From the NCBI GenBank assembly GCA_002505695.1, contig DAVU01000013.1, positions 95,852-159,851 of the forward strand: DNA of 64,000 nucleotides. Direction: 5' to 3'. The position numbers and the translations under genes were made by a program. The notes under the pieces are model-generated. The model had not been told where the DNA came from. It saw only the letters and a list, made by a program, of their open reading frames with translations, and made no database searches. Positions 1-10,770 of the stretch are shown piece by piece. Source of the stretch: Euryarchaeota archaeon UBA487. Lineage in GTDB: Archaea; Thermoplasmatota; Poseidoniia; Poseidoniales; Thalassarchaeaceae. Numbering within the stretch: position 1 is the first letter of the stretch; the number at the start of each line of letters is the position of its first letter.

Positions 1-561
1 AAGGTATCTGGGGTGAATTACCTAACAATACTCTCTGATGTAGGTCGAGGAAAGACGCTTATCGCAAGAGGTTCGTCGGCTGCTCTTCGAGATGAGATCA
101 TTCGAACCTTTGATGATGCATTGGGCGTTGCTGTGAGGGTCAGTGGTCCAGCACCAATGCTACCCGGAGGAGGGTCCACATGGAGCTATCTGGCCAATCA
201 ACTGAGGAGGAAGTCAACGAAACTCAGTGACAGAGGGCAACTCGCTGTTGAGGGCTACGCAGATGCGTTGGAGACAATTCCTCGAGTGCTTGCAGAGAAT
301 TCCGGTCAAGACCCAGTTGACAGGGTACTTCAGCTGTCTGCAGCTCAATCCACTATGGGCCCATGGATGGGATGTGATATCAATAATGGAAGCCTCATTG
401 ATTTGTACGATGCAGGAATAGTAGACCTGAGGATGGTTATTGAAAATGGACTATCAGGTGCCACTGAGGGCGCCATATCCGTGCTCAGAATAGATGACCT
501 TCTGTGGGCCAAGGTTGAGCCGGGACAACCGGATTGGAATGAGGAAGAAGTTAGTGACTAA
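1..561 (+). CDS. Thermosome (group II chaperonin) subunit, C-terminal part; truncated by window edge
   Basis: Frame open from base 1. Cpn60/TCP-1 motifs: R(G)SS..LRDEIIRTFDDAL, PGGG, YADALETIPRVLAENSGQD, ATEGAISVLRIDD. Divergent. Confidence 0.85.
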   Translation, partial: KVSGVNYLTILSDVGRGKTLIARGSSAALRDEIIRTFDDALGVAVRVSGPAPMLPGGGSTWSYLANQLRRKSTKLSDRGQLAVEGYADALETIPRVLAENSGQDPVDRVLQLSAAQSTMGPWMGCDINNGSLIDLYDAGIVDLRMVIENGLSGATEGAISVLRIDDLLWAKVEPGQPDWNEEEVSD

Positions 562-1496
562 GCGAAGCCCGCTAACATAACATCCACCATTTTTTCCAGA
601 TCGTAGGTTGACCTCCATCCCCATTCCTGTTTGGCTGGGGAGTCATCCAGATCCTCCGGCCAAGAGTCTGCAATTTTCTGCCGGTCGTCCGGGACATACC
701 TCATTTCAACCCCTGGTTTTTTTGCTACAATCATGGTAGCCAACTCGATCGCGGAGAATGTCAATCCCCTAACATTGTACCCTGCTCTCCATTGGGATAA
801 TCCTTGACTCGGGGCCTCCATCAACATAAGCGTGGCACGAATAGCGTCTTCCATCATCATCATCGGTAGTCTTGTATCTTCCCTTACATAGAACGTATAT
901 TCCCCCTTGGCTTGTATCTCGTTGAACACCTCTACGGCATAATCTGTAGTGCCGCCCGTTGGAACTGTCTTCCAAGAGAGGAGTCCAGGATATCTTATGC
1001 CCCTGGCATTTACACCATAGTTCTCCCAATACCTTAGCATCATCTCTTCTCCCTTTTTCTTGGTCACACCGTAGATTGTGGTTGGGTTCAGAGAGGAGGC
1101 TTGTCTTGCGATTGGCCTTGAATCTGGGCCAAAGACAGCGATGGATGAAGGCGAAAAGACACGACAGCCATATTCTCTTGATGCATCTAATACATTCTGT
1201 AGGCCACCTAGATTGACTCTCTCACACAGATCTGGATCCTTTTCCCCATGCGCAGACAATATCGCAGCCAGATTGTAAATCGTTCTGATCGAATAGTGCG
1301 ATATGATTTGACGCAGGCTATCACGATCAAGGACGTCTAGGTGTAGGAAAGGGGCAGGAAAATCCCCCTGATCTTGGACATCGGTTGCAATGACAGAGTT
1401 CTGACCATATACCTCCCTTAGTCTGGAGACCAGGTCCGATCCAATCTGGCCGAGTGCGCCGGTCACCAATATACGATCCCCGGGCGAGTCCGCCAT
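558..1496 (-). CDS. NAD-dependent epimerase/SDR, L-threonine 3-dehydrogenase-like
   Basis: GALGQIG Rossmann motif, LAAILSA.GE, PSSIAVFG, YGVTK, GGTTDYA, characteristic of SDR-type TDH. Confidence 0.85.
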   Translation of the reverse strand: MADSPGDRILVTGALGQIGSDLVSRLREVYGQNSVIATDVQDQGDFPAPFLHLDVLDRDSLRQIISHYSIRTIYNLAAILSAHGEKDPDLCERVNLGGLQNVLDASREYGCRVFSPSSIAVFGPDSRPIARQASSLNPTTIYGVTKKKGEEMMLRYWENYGVNARGIRYPGLLSWKTVPTGGTTDYAVEVFNEIQAKGEYTFYVREDTRLPMMMMEDAIRATLMLMEAPSQGLSQWRAGYNVRGLTFSAIELATMIVAKKPGVEMRYVPDDRQKIADSWPEDLDDSPAKQEWGWRSTYDLEKMVDVMLAGFA

Positions 1497-1601
1497 GCCC
1501 TACCCAAAACGCAGACGATACTTCAACACCGATCATAGAAGGGTTGAACCATAGCCAAGGTTCATAGGCGAATTGAGAGTGATGTGTACTTCGTTGTTGT
1601 C

Positions 1602-3266
1602 ATGAAATATGTGATCGTGACGGGGGGCGTCCTCTCCGGATTAGGAAAAGGAATTACTGCCAGCAGTATTGGAGTACTGATGAAATCTGTGGGACTAAGG
1701 GTCACCTCTATCAAAATTGATCCCTACCTCAACAGCGATGCTGGAACCATGTCGCCCTTCGAACATGGAGAGGTGTTTGTACTTGATGACGGAGGGGAGG
1801 TTGATCTTGATCTCGGAAATTACGAGAGGTTCCTCGATGTTTCCTTAACAAAGGATCACAACATCACAACTGGTAAGGTCTATTCATCAGTTATCGAGCG
1901 GGAAAGAAGGGGAGATTACTTGGGAAAAACAGTCCAAGTCATACCCCACATAACAGACGAAATTCAAGATTGGATTGAGAGAGTGAGTACAATTCCGACA
2001 GATGGCGGAAATGAGTCTCCTGATGCTTGTGTAATTGAGTTGGGTGGCACGGTTGGTGATATCGAAAGTTCACCTTTTATTGAGGCTCTGAGGCAGTTTC
2101 AATTCAGAGTCGGGAGGCAAAATGTCTGTTTTGTCCATGTGAGTCTAGTGCCTGTCATGGGCCCAGTTGGAGAACAAAAGACCAAGCCAACCCAACATAC
2201 CGTGAAAGAACTCAGAGGGCTGGGGATAACCCCTGATCTAATCGTCTGCAGGTCCAAAGAACCACTCCAGCAAGAAATAAAACAGAAGCTCGCAGCTTTC
2301 TGCCATGTAGAACCTAGGGCAGTAATTTCTGCTCATGATGTCTCAAATTTGTATCAAATACCCATATCATTCGAGAAACAAGGCGTCAGGGCGATGATCG
2401 CCGATTGTATCGGTCTAGGTATGTCAGGAGATGATAAATATCTCGAAGATTGGCGAAATATGGCAGATCGCGTAGACGAGTTTCAGGAAGAGGTTCGCAT
2501 TGCCATGGTTGGGAAATACACTGGACTCTCAGATTCATACCTCAGCGTGATCAAAGCTTTACAACATTCATCCATTGCCGTAAATCGGAGGCTGGTGATT
2601 GACTGGATTGAGTCCACTGACCTAGATTCCTCTATCAAGCATACAGATGGGGATGCACACAGAAAAGCATGGGAGACACTAAAGCTAGCTGACGGGATTC
2701 TAGTTCCAGGCGGATTTGGGAACAGGGGAGTTGAGGGTAAAATTGAGGCTGCGAGGTACGCAAGGGAGTCGAGGGTTCCTTATCTGGGAATATGCCTTGG
2801 ACTTCAGATAGCAACTATTGAGTTTTGCCGGAACGAGTTAGGCCTTCGAGGTGCAAACTCGGAAGAGTTCGTTGACAATCCGGATAGTCTTGAGAACAAG
2901 GCTGTGGTCTTCATGCCTGAGATTTCCAAAACCCACATGGGTGGAACTATGCGTCTAGGGGCTAAAGTGACACCATTCGTCATTGAGGATTGCAAGATAA
3001 AGAGATTGTATGGCAACCCGTCTGAAGTCAGCGAGAGGCACAGACATAGGTATGAGGTGAACCCAGAATTAATCGAAGAAATTGAAGCGAAGGGCATGAT
3101 ATACGTTGGAAAAGACGAGACTGGACAGAGATGTGAGATAATGGAACTCAAGGACCACCCGTATTACGTTGGAACCCAATACCACCCCGAATTCAAATCT
3201 CGGCCCGGTCGTCCAAGTCCCCCATTCCTCGGGCTATTGAAAGCCGCAGTGGGAGAGGTTTTGTGA
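1602..3266 (+). CDS. pyrG: CTP synthase
   Basis: [29 protein letters not shown] (catalytic Cys), RHRHRYE, QYHPEF. Start moved to ATG 1602. Confidence 0.98.
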   Translation: MKYVIVTGGVLSGLGKGITASSIGVLMKSVGLRVTSIKIDPYLNSDAGTMSPFEHGEVFVLDDGGEVDLDLGNYERFLDVSLTKDHNITTGKVYSSVIERERRGDYLGKTVQVIPHITDEIQDWIERVSTIPTDGGNESPDACVIELGGTVGDIESSPFIEALRQFQFRVGRQNVCFVHVSLVPVMGPVGEQKTKPTQHTVKELRGLGITPDLIVCRSKEPLQQEIKQKLAAFCHVEPRAVISAHDVSNLYQIPISFEKQGVRAMIADCIGLGMSGDDKYLEDWRNMADRVDEFQEEVRIAMVGKYTGLSDSYLSVIKALQHSSIAVNRRLVIDWIESTDLDSSIKHTDGDAHRKAWETLKLADGILVPGGFGNRGVEGKIEAARYARESRVPYLGICLGLQIATIEFCRNELGLRGANSEEFVDNPDSLENKAVVFMPEISKTHMGGTMRLGAKVTPFVIEDCKIKRLYGNPSEVSERHRHRYEVNPELIEEIEAKGMIYVGKDETGQRCEIMELKDHPYYVGTQYHPEFKSRPGRPSPPFLGLLKAAVGEVL

Positions 3267-4406
3267 TCAATCTACTGATATCGGTAAAATCCTCGTAGTC
3301 CTGTAACCCTGTAAAACTTTGAGATACTTCATTGCTGAGTAGTGTGAGTCTAGGGCGTCATCACCTGTTTCAATTCTCAAAGTTCTAATTGACAACAATT
3401 TGGATGGTGTACACACTCCAAGAACAGAGTCAGGGCCAGCCAATCGTAAAACTGCAGGTGATATTTGCAAATTCCCCCTACCAATCAGAAACCCTTGGCC
3501 GCCCATCGGAGACAAGAGTACCGTAACCCCTCCATTATGACCTTCCAACAGTTCCAGTAAACCTCCTTCGTCTAGGTCTTTGCCGGCTTGGATTTTCCCA
3601 ATCGATGCGTCTATACCCAACAAAGTCGGATCTAAACCACAAATTCCCCCAATCCTCGTTAACGTTCCTCCTGAACCCCAGATGATGAGATTTTCATCGG
3701 TCATCAGTACCTCTGAGACGTGCTCTGCGAGTCCTTCGATAACTTCGTCCTCAGACGCTGATTCGACCATCTCCTTAGCACCTTGCATCCATCTTGGGCT
3801 TGAGGGAGTCATTGCTTCTGCGTATAGGCGAACAGACCACTCCCCTTTTCTATACAGTTCCTCATCAAGGTCCAGCACCTCAGTTGAAGCGATCAATAAA
3901 TCTCCATTCAACCAACTTTGGACCACCTCCGCAGCACCTTTAGGTGAGCTTGCAAAACAGCCAGAGTACATCTTAACACCGCAGGGTATTCCGACAACGG
4001 GTGTGTTTGCAGCGGAATTCTGATCCAGTGCTTTGACTATGTCTCTGGTTGTTCCATCACCGCCGGCGTACAGAATTAAGTCAACGTCATTTCTCACCAA
4101 AACCGAGACGAGGTCAGTTGTATTTTCTTTGGATGTCTCACCAAAGGTCTCGTGAACTACCGAAAAATCAACTCCGAGGGAAGGGTCGAGCCATTCGGAT
4201 CCCATTCTCCCCCTGGACATTAACAAACGCACTTCATGAGTTTTCAGATGCTCGCCTAGGAGAGACAATGTCTTCATTGCCCTGGGCCCTGCGCGATCTT
4301 CGGCACCAGCATTCCTCGCTTTCTCCGCAAGACCGTCAGACCCTTTGAGCCCTAAACGCCCTCCCAATCCTGCGTCTGGATTGACAATTACGCCGATCCG
4401 GACCAT
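3267..4406 (-). CDS. ATP-NAD kinase family protein (COG3199-like)
   Basis: IVNPDAGLGGRLGLKGSDG, GGDGT, GIPCGVKMYSG, GQGFLIGRGNLQ. Confidence 0.85.
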   Translation of the reverse strand: MVRIGVIVNPDAGLGGRLGLKGSDGLAEKARNAGAEDRAGPRAMKTLSLLGEHLKTHEVRLLMSRGRMGSEWLDPSLGVDFSVVHETFGETSKENTTDLVSVLVRNDVDLILYAGGDGTTRDIVKALDQNSAANTPVVGIPCGVKMYSGCFASSPKGAAEVVQSWLNGDLLIASTEVLDLDEELYRKGEWSVRLYAEAMTPSSPRWMQGAKEMVESASEDEVIEGLAEHVSEVLMTDENLIIWGSGGTLTRIGGICGLDPTLLGIDASIGKIQAGKDLDEGGLLELLEGHNGGVTVLLSPMGGQGFLIGRGNLQISPAVLRLAGPDSVLGVCTPSKLLSIRTLRIETGDDALDSHYSAMKYLKVLQGYRTTRILPISVD

Positions 4407-4546
4407 GTTTCCTCCAAGGCTGATGTTTTCTTATGGATATGTATTGTCAATCGACCAAAATGACTGAGAGTGTCCGAAAATTAGCCAGATCGTTATATCC
4501 ACGGAGTTCATAACTGGAACCCTCACGTTCGTGAATAGGTAATGTC

Positions 4547-6490
4547 ATGGGGATGTTGAAGATCAGTCTTCCTGATGGCTTACTGCATGAATATGCCTCA
4601 GGAATCACCGTAGGAGAAATTGTGAGGAATGCCTACGGGAAGAAATCAGGCGCAGTAGCCGCGTTGGTTAGTGGTGAAGAGAGGGATTTCTCATACGTAT
4701 TGGAGCAGGACTGCGATATTGAGCCCATTTTAGGGGAAACTGAGGCTGGAAGATACATTCTTCGACACTCCTGCGCTCATCTCTTGGCTCAAGCAGTGGT
4801 GGAGATTTACCCCGAAGCCCAACCCACTATTGGACCTCCGATTGAAAATGGATTTTATTATGACTTCAAGATGGACCCTGTTGGAGACGAAGATCTCAAG
4901 AAAATCGAGAAGAAGATGCATGAACATATCAGGGCTAACCACACATTGACTCGTGAAGAGCACGATAACGAAACTCTTCGAGGCATGTTTGCTAAGAATC
5001 CATTCAAGATAGAGATAATGAATGACAAAATAGGAATGGATGTCGGGTCATCCGCGTATCGTCAAGGCAACTTTGTTGATCTCTGTCTCGGCCCCCATGT
5101 TCCCTCAACTTCTTACTTGAGATGGTTCAAGCTGACAGGCACCAGTCAGGCATATTGGAAAGGTGACAGCTCAAATGAGTCGCTGGTAAGGATCTATGGG
5201 ATGTGCTTCTACTCAAAGGATGAACTAAGGGAAAGGGAGCGTCAGATTGAGGAGGCGAAAAAGAGGGACCACAAAAAAATAGGTAAAGAGATGGAACTCT
5301 ACATGATTGACGAAATGATCGGGAAAGGGCTCCCAGTCTGGTTGCCAAATGGTGAGATTCTAAAATCTGAGATCGAACGATTCGCAATAGAGACAGAGGA
5401 ACATTATGGGTATCAACGTGTGACTACTCCTGTCCTAGCCAAGAGGCAACTTTTCGAGGCCAGTGGCCACCTTCCACACTATGCAGATGGTATGTACCCC
5501 CCCATGGAAATGGATGACGGTACATACTATCTCAAGGCAATGAATTGTCCGATGCATCATCTAGTTTATGCTAACAAAAAGAGATCGTACAGAGATCTGC
5601 CTTTGAGGATAGCCGAGTACGGAACTGTTTACAGGAATGAGTTGTCAGGTACTTTGGCGGGACTCCTGAGAGTTAGAATGTTGTCGATGAATGATGCCCA
5701 CATTTACTGCACGATAGACCAGGTCGCACAAGAGGTGGGGTCGAACGTGAAGATGGTACAGGATTATTATGCCGCATTCGGTTTCGAGGACTATTCGTTC
5801 AGGCTATCGCTGTGGGACCCCGAGAGGACGGAGAAATACATTGATCAGCCAGAGAACTGGAAAAAATCTGAAGACAGGCTGAGGCAGATAATGGATGATC
5901 TCGGTGTGGTTTACACCGAGTCCGTCGGTGAGGCGGCATTCTACGGGCCAAAAGTCGATATTCAATTCAAAACTGCATTGGGACGCGAGGAGTCTATGTC
6001 GACCATACAACTTGATTTTGCTGCGAAGGAGAGATTTGGGCTCTCATACATGGATGAAAATGGCAACCAAAACGATGAGGTTCTGGTGATTCATCGAGCC
6101 CCATTGTCTACCCATGAAAGATTTGTTGCCTTTTTGACAGAACATTGGATGGGTAATTTTCCCACTTGGATTTCACCCACTCAGGTGCAAATCATCACCA
6201 TTTCAGAGCGTCATGCCGATTATGCTGGAGAGGTTGCAAGCAGATTGAGAGAGCACAAAGTGAGAGTCGAAGTCGATGATTCTGACAGTACTATTGGCCG
6301 AAAAATAAGGACACACCGGAAGATGCGGCCAGCCTACATGTTGATCATTGGCGATGGTGAAGCAGCCGATGGAACCGTCTCAATAAGGGCTAGGAACGGT
6401 GATCAACGCAACGGAGTGCCTTTAGAGGACTTCATAGCAGGTGTGACAAAAGAAATAAAAAACAGAAGTAGTAAATTAAGTCTGGTCTAG
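4547..6490 (+). CDS. thrS: Threonine--tRNA ligase, bacterial type (TGS + editing + catalytic + anticodon-binding domains)
   Basis: RHSCAH and DLCLGPH editing motifs, KAMNCP, YRNELSG, GEAAFYGPK, IHRA. Confidence 0.97.
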   Translation: MGMLKISLPDGLLHEYASGITVGEIVRNAYGKKSGAVAALVSGEERDFSYVLEQDCDIEPILGETEAGRYILRHSCAHLLAQAVVEIYPEAQPTIGPPIENGFYYDFKMDPVGDEDLKKIEKKMHEHIRANHTLTREEHDNETLRGMFAKNPFKIEIMNDKIGMDVGSSAYRQGNFVDLCLGPHVPSTSYLRWFKLTGTSQAYWKGDSSNESLVRIYGMCFYSKDELRERERQIEEAKKRDHKKIGKEMELYMIDEMIGKGLPVWLPNGEILKSEIERFAIETEEHYGYQRVTTPVLAKRQLFEASGHLPHYADGMYPPMEMDDGTYYLKAMNCPMHHLVYANKKRSYRDLPLRIAEYGTVYRNELSGTLAGLLRVRMLSMNDAHIYCTIDQVAQEVGSNVKMVQDYYAAFGFEDYSFRLSLWDPERTEKYIDQPENWKKSEDRLRQIMDDLGVVYTESVGEAAFYGPKVDIQFKTALGREESMSTIQLDFAAKERFGLSYMDENGNQNDEVLVIHRAPLSTHERFVAFLTEHWMGNFPTWISPTQVQIITISERHADYAGEVASRLREHKVRVEVDDSDSTIGRKIRTHRKMRPAYMLIIGDGEAADGTVSIRARNGDQRNGVPLEDFIAGVTKEIKNRSSKLSLV

Positions 6491-6533
6491 GGGTCGATGA
6501 AAAATTTCGAAGTTATCAATAACGGTGGATTAA

Positions 6534-7361
6534 ATGAGTTCCAATGCGAATGACCCCCGTCCTGCAGAAGGATGGAGGGAAAGGATACATGAAGTTATTT
6601 TTGAGGCTGACACCCGTAAAGGTAGAGTATTCGACGTAGTGTTGATGGTATCCATCGTTCTCTCAGTTATCACGGTAAGTCTCGAGAGTGTCGACTCTAT
6701 AAATTCCAAATACGGCAGGGAATTACGAATAGCAGAGTGGGGATTTACGCTCCTTTTCACGCTTGAATATATCCTCAGACTCGTGTCCGTTAGGAGACCC
6801 CATCGATATGCCTTCTCGGCTTATGGACTGATTGATTTCGTTGCGATAATGCCCACCTACCTAAGTTTCATTGTCCCGAACTCATCATCCTTCCTTGTCC
6901 TCCGCTCGTTAAGATTGCTGAGGGCATTCAGAGTGCTGAAATTAACGAGGTACTTTGGCGAGGCATCTGCTCTGAAGAGGGCACTTCTTCAATCTAGGAT
7001 GAGGATTGTTGTATTTCTGTTTGCAGTGTTCATCATATGCATAGTCAGTGGTGCTCTTCTGTACTTTGTAGAGGGTGAGAGCAATGATGGATTTACATCA
7101 ATACCCCAGGGGGTTTACTGGGCAATTGTGACGCTCACGAGCACAGGATACGGAGACACGGTCCCAATTACTCCAATCGGGAAGGCCATATCTGTGTTCA
7201 TTATGATGATGGGGTACAGTTTGATCATCGTACCCACGGGCATAATCTCAACTGCCCTTATGCACCCTGAGCCAATAAGCACACAATCCTGCCCCTCTTG
7301 TTCATTGGGAAATCACGACTATGGTGCAAAGTACTGCAAACATTGCGGTAGCCTACTGTAA
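6534..7361 (+). CDS. Voltage-gated potassium channel / ion transporter with C-terminal Zn ribbon
   Basis: 6 TM helices, S4 segment LRSLRLLRAFRVLK, selectivity filter TGYGD, C-terminal CPSC...CKHC. Confidence 0.92.
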   Translation: MSSNANDPRPAEGWRERIHEVIFEADTRKGRVFDVVLMVSIVLSVITVSLESVDSINSKYGRELRIAEWGFTLLFTLEYILRLVSVRRPHRYAFSAYGLIDFVAIMPTYLSFIVPNSSSFLVLRSLRLLRAFRVLKLTRYFGEASALKRALLQSRMRIVVFLFAVFIICIVSGALLYFVEGESNDGFTSIPQGVYWAIVTLTSTGYGDTVPITPIGKAISVFIMMMGYSLIIVPTGIISTALMHPEPISTQSCPSCSLGNHDYGAKYCKHCGSLL

Positions 7362-7425
7362 TCTGGACGTATTTTTGCGACAAATACCCGCTCTGTTGAA
7401 ATTATCATCAAGGGTCGGGTAGTTC

Positions 7426-8403
7426 ATGATCATCTCAAGGACCCCGGTCAGGGTCTCTTTCTGTGGAGGGGGTACAGACTTGGATAGCTTCGCGAAAAAG
7501 GTAGAAGGAGGTGGCATGGTCATCTCTGTCGCGATAGCCAAATACATCCATGTAACCGTGAATGATCGCTTCGATAGCAAGATAAGGCTATCTTACTCGA
7601 AGTTAGAAACCACCAATTCCGTCGAAGAGATTGAACATGACTTGGTGAGGGAGGCCTTGAAGGCTACGGGAGTATCTAACGGCGTAGAGATAACCACAAT
7701 TGCAGACATACCATCAAGGGGAACTGGATTGGGGTCCTCGTCAGCCGTGACGGTCGGCGTATTGAACGCGTTGTACAAACACATCGGTAGGGATGTGAGC
7801 CCAGGACATCTGGCAGAGGGGGCTTGTGAGATTGAGATCGATAAGTTAGGAGAGCCAATTGGTAGACAGGATCAATACGCTGCTGCATTCGGTGGCATGA
7901 ATCGAATCTCATTCAATCCAGACGGTGTCCAAGTAAGCCCTATCACCCTCTCACGAGACCTAGTGGAACGGATGGAGCGTGAATTTAGCCTAGTATACAC
8001 GAACAACACCAGAAGTGCTTCCGCAGTTCTATCTGAGCCCCCACTGGATCATGAAGACAGGATTGCACGATTGAGAGCGATTCGTGATCAAGCCGCCGAG
8101 GCAGAGAAACTAATCAGATCTGGCGATTTGAAATCTCTAGGGGCTTTATTACACGAGACTTGGAATGTGAAACGAGGCCTATCCCCCAGCGTTTCCAACG
8201 ATAATTTGGACACACTTTATGCCCGATTGATCGACCTTGGCGCAAATGGTGGAAAACTTCTCGGTGCGGGAGGAGGAGGATTTTTTTTGATACATGGAGA
8301 CCCAGACCTCCGATCAAGGCTGGTTGATGATCTTCCCCCTGAGAACAGAGTGATACCACTGAAGTTAGACCACGATGGGTCAAGGATCATCCATCCGTCG
8401 TAG
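7426..8403 (+). CDS. hddA: GHMP sugar kinase, D-glycero-D-manno-heptose-7-phosphate kinase-like
   Basis: RTPVRVSFCGGGTD, GTGLGSS, GRQDQYAAAFGG, GGKLLGAGGGGF. Confidence 0.85.
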   Translation: MIISRTPVRVSFCGGGTDLDSFAKKVEGGGMVISVAIAKYIHVTVNDRFDSKIRLSYSKLETTNSVEEIEHDLVREALKATGVSNGVEITTIADIPSRGTGLGSSSAVTVGVLNALYKHIGRDVSPGHLAEGACEIEIDKLGEPIGRQDQYAAAFGGMNRISFNPDGVQVSPITLSRDLVERMEREFSLVYTNNTRSASAVLSEPPLDHEDRIARLRAIRDQAAEAEKLIRSGDLKSLGALLHETWNVKRGLSPSVSNDNLDTLYARLIDLGANGGKLLGAGGGGFFLIHGDPDLRSRLVDDLPPENRVIPLKLDHDGSRIIHPS

Positions 8404-8965
8404 CCCTTGATTCCTTAATCGCTTCCTTGATTATGTGATTGACAATTAGTTGGATGTCCTCGATCCTTTCCATCGAAGTTGTAGGTGCGATCAAGCATAC
8501 ATCCACAATGGATGGTAATTTGCCTCCATTGCCCCCGTTATAATCACCAGTGACAGCAGCGGTCTTGCATCCTTTGTCTTTCGCGAATTGCAGGCCCCTC
8601 AATACATTCTCACTGCTTCCTGAGCCGCTGAATCCTATCACAAGGTCGCCAGGTCTCAGAAATGTCTCGAGTTGGCCAACAAAAACGTCATCATAAGATA
8701 CATCATTCGCGAAAGCCGTGAGCGAAGCCACATTGTCTACGTGACATAGGGTCCTCACGCGTAGTTCCTTTGACCAATCTCCCGCACTGTGGGAGGGTGT
8801 TGCAGCACTGCCTCCATTTCCGATGAAGTGTATTGTAGCGTCATTCCTGATTGCACTAACCACCTCTCCGTGTAATTTTTCCAATTCTTCGATGGGCATC
8901 TCTGAGAGGGTCCTTCTCAGATCCTCGATGTAGGCCTCAGCAAAAAGTTGGAAGTCGAAGGTCAC
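8387..8965 (-). CDS. gmhA: SIS-domain phosphoheptose isomerase-like protein
   Basis: GNGGSAA, LTAFAND, FVGQL, SGSGSS.N. GTG start. Confidence 0.8.
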   Translation of the reverse strand: MTFDFQLFAEAYIEDLRRTLSEMPIEELEKLHGEVVSAIRNDATIHFIGNGGSAATPSHSAGDWSKELRVRTLCHVDNVASLTAFANDVSYDDVFVGQLETFLRPGDLVIGFSGSGSSENVLRGLQFAKDKGCKTAAVTGDYNGGNGGKLPSIVDVCLIAPTTSMERIEDIQLIVNHIIKEAIKESRATTDG

Positions 8966-9009
8966 GTCTCACCCACCACGTCCTTGTTTTTTGAGTTCAT
9001 CTGTCGTCA

Positions 9010-10725
9010 TCACACCAGCCTCCTTAGGGACTCAATCCCCTCGTCGGCTTCCCCCATCTCTGATCTGGACTGTTGATATGCTCCTCTTTCGAAGTTCGAT
9101 CTGGCATCTAGCATTTTCTTTTCCACCATTATTCTTGTTGGATCATCTAGGCCGACAGAGTTGTTTGCGTCCAGCACCTTTCTTGTCTTTCTCCATTCCT
9201 CCTCCAAGAATAATATGAGTTCCTCAGTATCTTTTTTCATGCTTTGCAATTTGTCGAGTTCCGTGAGAACCTCCTTCAGAATTGAGTCCGCCTGAATCCA
9301 GGAGCCTGATTTTGAGTATGCCAATGCCTGCTCAACTTTCTCGGACAGTCTTTCTTTGTGGTATTCCGGGATTCTTTTTTCTATGGTGGACCTCTGCCTC
9401 ATCGATTGAGTGAACGACCTTTTGGACTCTCTCCTGAGGGAAAGATTCCTTTCAATTGAGTCCAGTGCTCCCATGGCGACAGAAAGTTCTCCCCTGATTA
9501 TCATGTCATCTATTGATTCGAGCTTCTCCGCCAACTCTGGAACTATGTCCGCATGATCGGAATCCAGCTCCCTAGCGACATCCTGCCGCTTGCGTTTGAC
9601 TCTGGACATTGCATCTTCTATGGATTGCATCTGCTCTGGTAGGGTATTCAAGACTCTGAGTGCCTCGTCGGGCCTGTGGCTATCCATAGCCTCCTTTGCA
9701 ATCTGAATCAATCTCTGGATTGTCTCACTTTGAGTGGATTCATGTGCATTTGCATCGGATTCAGCCTTGGATATGGCGTCGGATGCCGATTCCCAGTAAT
9801 CACATATTCTGGTGGCTGAGATCTGGGCAGACCTGTAATGAGACTCGGCCCTTCTGAAGGAGCCCAATGAACGCTCGTTATCCCCGTCTTTCAGTAGTCT
9901 GGAAGGTTCATGCACTACGGGTGCAATCTCCATCGCCCTCTCGACAAGAGGTTCCACAGCCTTGCGAAGTTCTAACACATCCTCGTCCATAGCGAGAGCC
10001 GTATCTATTGCCATCCTGACGGATTCCAGCCTTTTGGACCCCAAATGAGTATTATTCCATCCTTCTTCTCTTGCTAGATTCAACAGAGAGGATGCATGAT
10101 CGAGTCTGATACCTCGTTCGTTGATCTCCAGAATCTCCATCTCAAACGCGTCGACTTCTCTCATCAACTCCTTTCTTCCACGGACCATTGGATTTTGGCG
10201 CAACAAGTCGTATCCCAGAATAATAATCATAATTGTTGTAGATACGGCAACTAACTCGTGGTTGGATGTTCTGGTGATCATTAATGCCACCGATGAGGAT
10301 AATCCGAATGCGCCCAATATTCCACGATATCTCCTGCCTAGGCTAGAGTCGGAATATGCCCTTCTGCTGTGCTCATGAAGAAGCGCGCCGACCATTAGGA
10401 AGATTCCAGCTGAAGCAATTTGGTCGAATCCTGGGCCAGAAGTAACAGCGAGGGCGACCATTACAGGCCATGTTATGGATGATATCGAAGCGACTCTGGT
10501 GAGGTTCTTGTCTTCCTCAGAGGCTAAGTCCGAGATAACAAAGGCCATCAGGAAAATCAAGGTGACCTCAATGAGGCTCTCTGATGTCCAGCCCTTATTG
10601 GATACCCCTTCGGTGATCCTGTATGCCCCAATTGAGATTATCACTAGTGAGGTGACTGTTGTCAGCCTGTTCACATTCCTCCGCTGTCGTGCGACCCCTT
10701 TGTCGGCATAATCTAGGGGCAGCAT
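9010..10725 (-). CDS. Hypothetical membrane protein: about 6 N-terminal TM helices plus long alpha-helical/coiled-coil region
   Basis: 571-aa ORF; hydrophobic first ~175 aa, then charged helical repeats. Confidence 0.75.
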   Translation of the reverse strand: MLPLDYADKGVARQRRNVNRLTTVTSLVIISIGAYRITEGVSNKGWTSESLIEVTLIFLMAFVISDLASEEDKNLTRVASISSITWPVMVALAVTSGPGFDQIASAGIFLMVGALLHEHSRRAYSDSSLGRRYRGILGAFGLSSSVALMITRTSNHELVAVSTTIMIIILGYDLLRQNPMVRGRKELMREVDAFEMEILEINERGIRLDHASSLLNLAREEGWNNTHLGSKRLESVRMAIDTALAMDEDVLELRKAVEPLVERAMEIAPVVHEPSRLLKDGDNERSLGSFRRAESHYRSAQISATRICDYWESASDAISKAESDANAHESTQSETIQRLIQIAKEAMDSHRPDEALRVLNTLPEQMQSIEDAMSRVKRKRQDVARELDSDHADIVPELAEKLESIDDMIIRGELSVAMGALDSIERNLSLRRESKRSFTQSMRQRSTIEKRIPEYHKERLSEKVEQALAYSKSGSWIQADSILKEVLTELDKLQSMKKDTEELILFLEEEWRKTRKVLDANNSVGLDDPTRIMVEKKMLDARSNFERGAYQQSRSEMGEADEGIESLRRLV

Positions 10726-10770
10726 GGGCTTCGGAGACCATTTACCCCCAAGAAATACGTGGTGGTTCGT

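Noticed and set aside
4476-4503. dif-like site (right arm TTATATCCACG)
   Set aside because: No matching left arm at 6-bp spacing; more likely a TATA element upstream of thrS.
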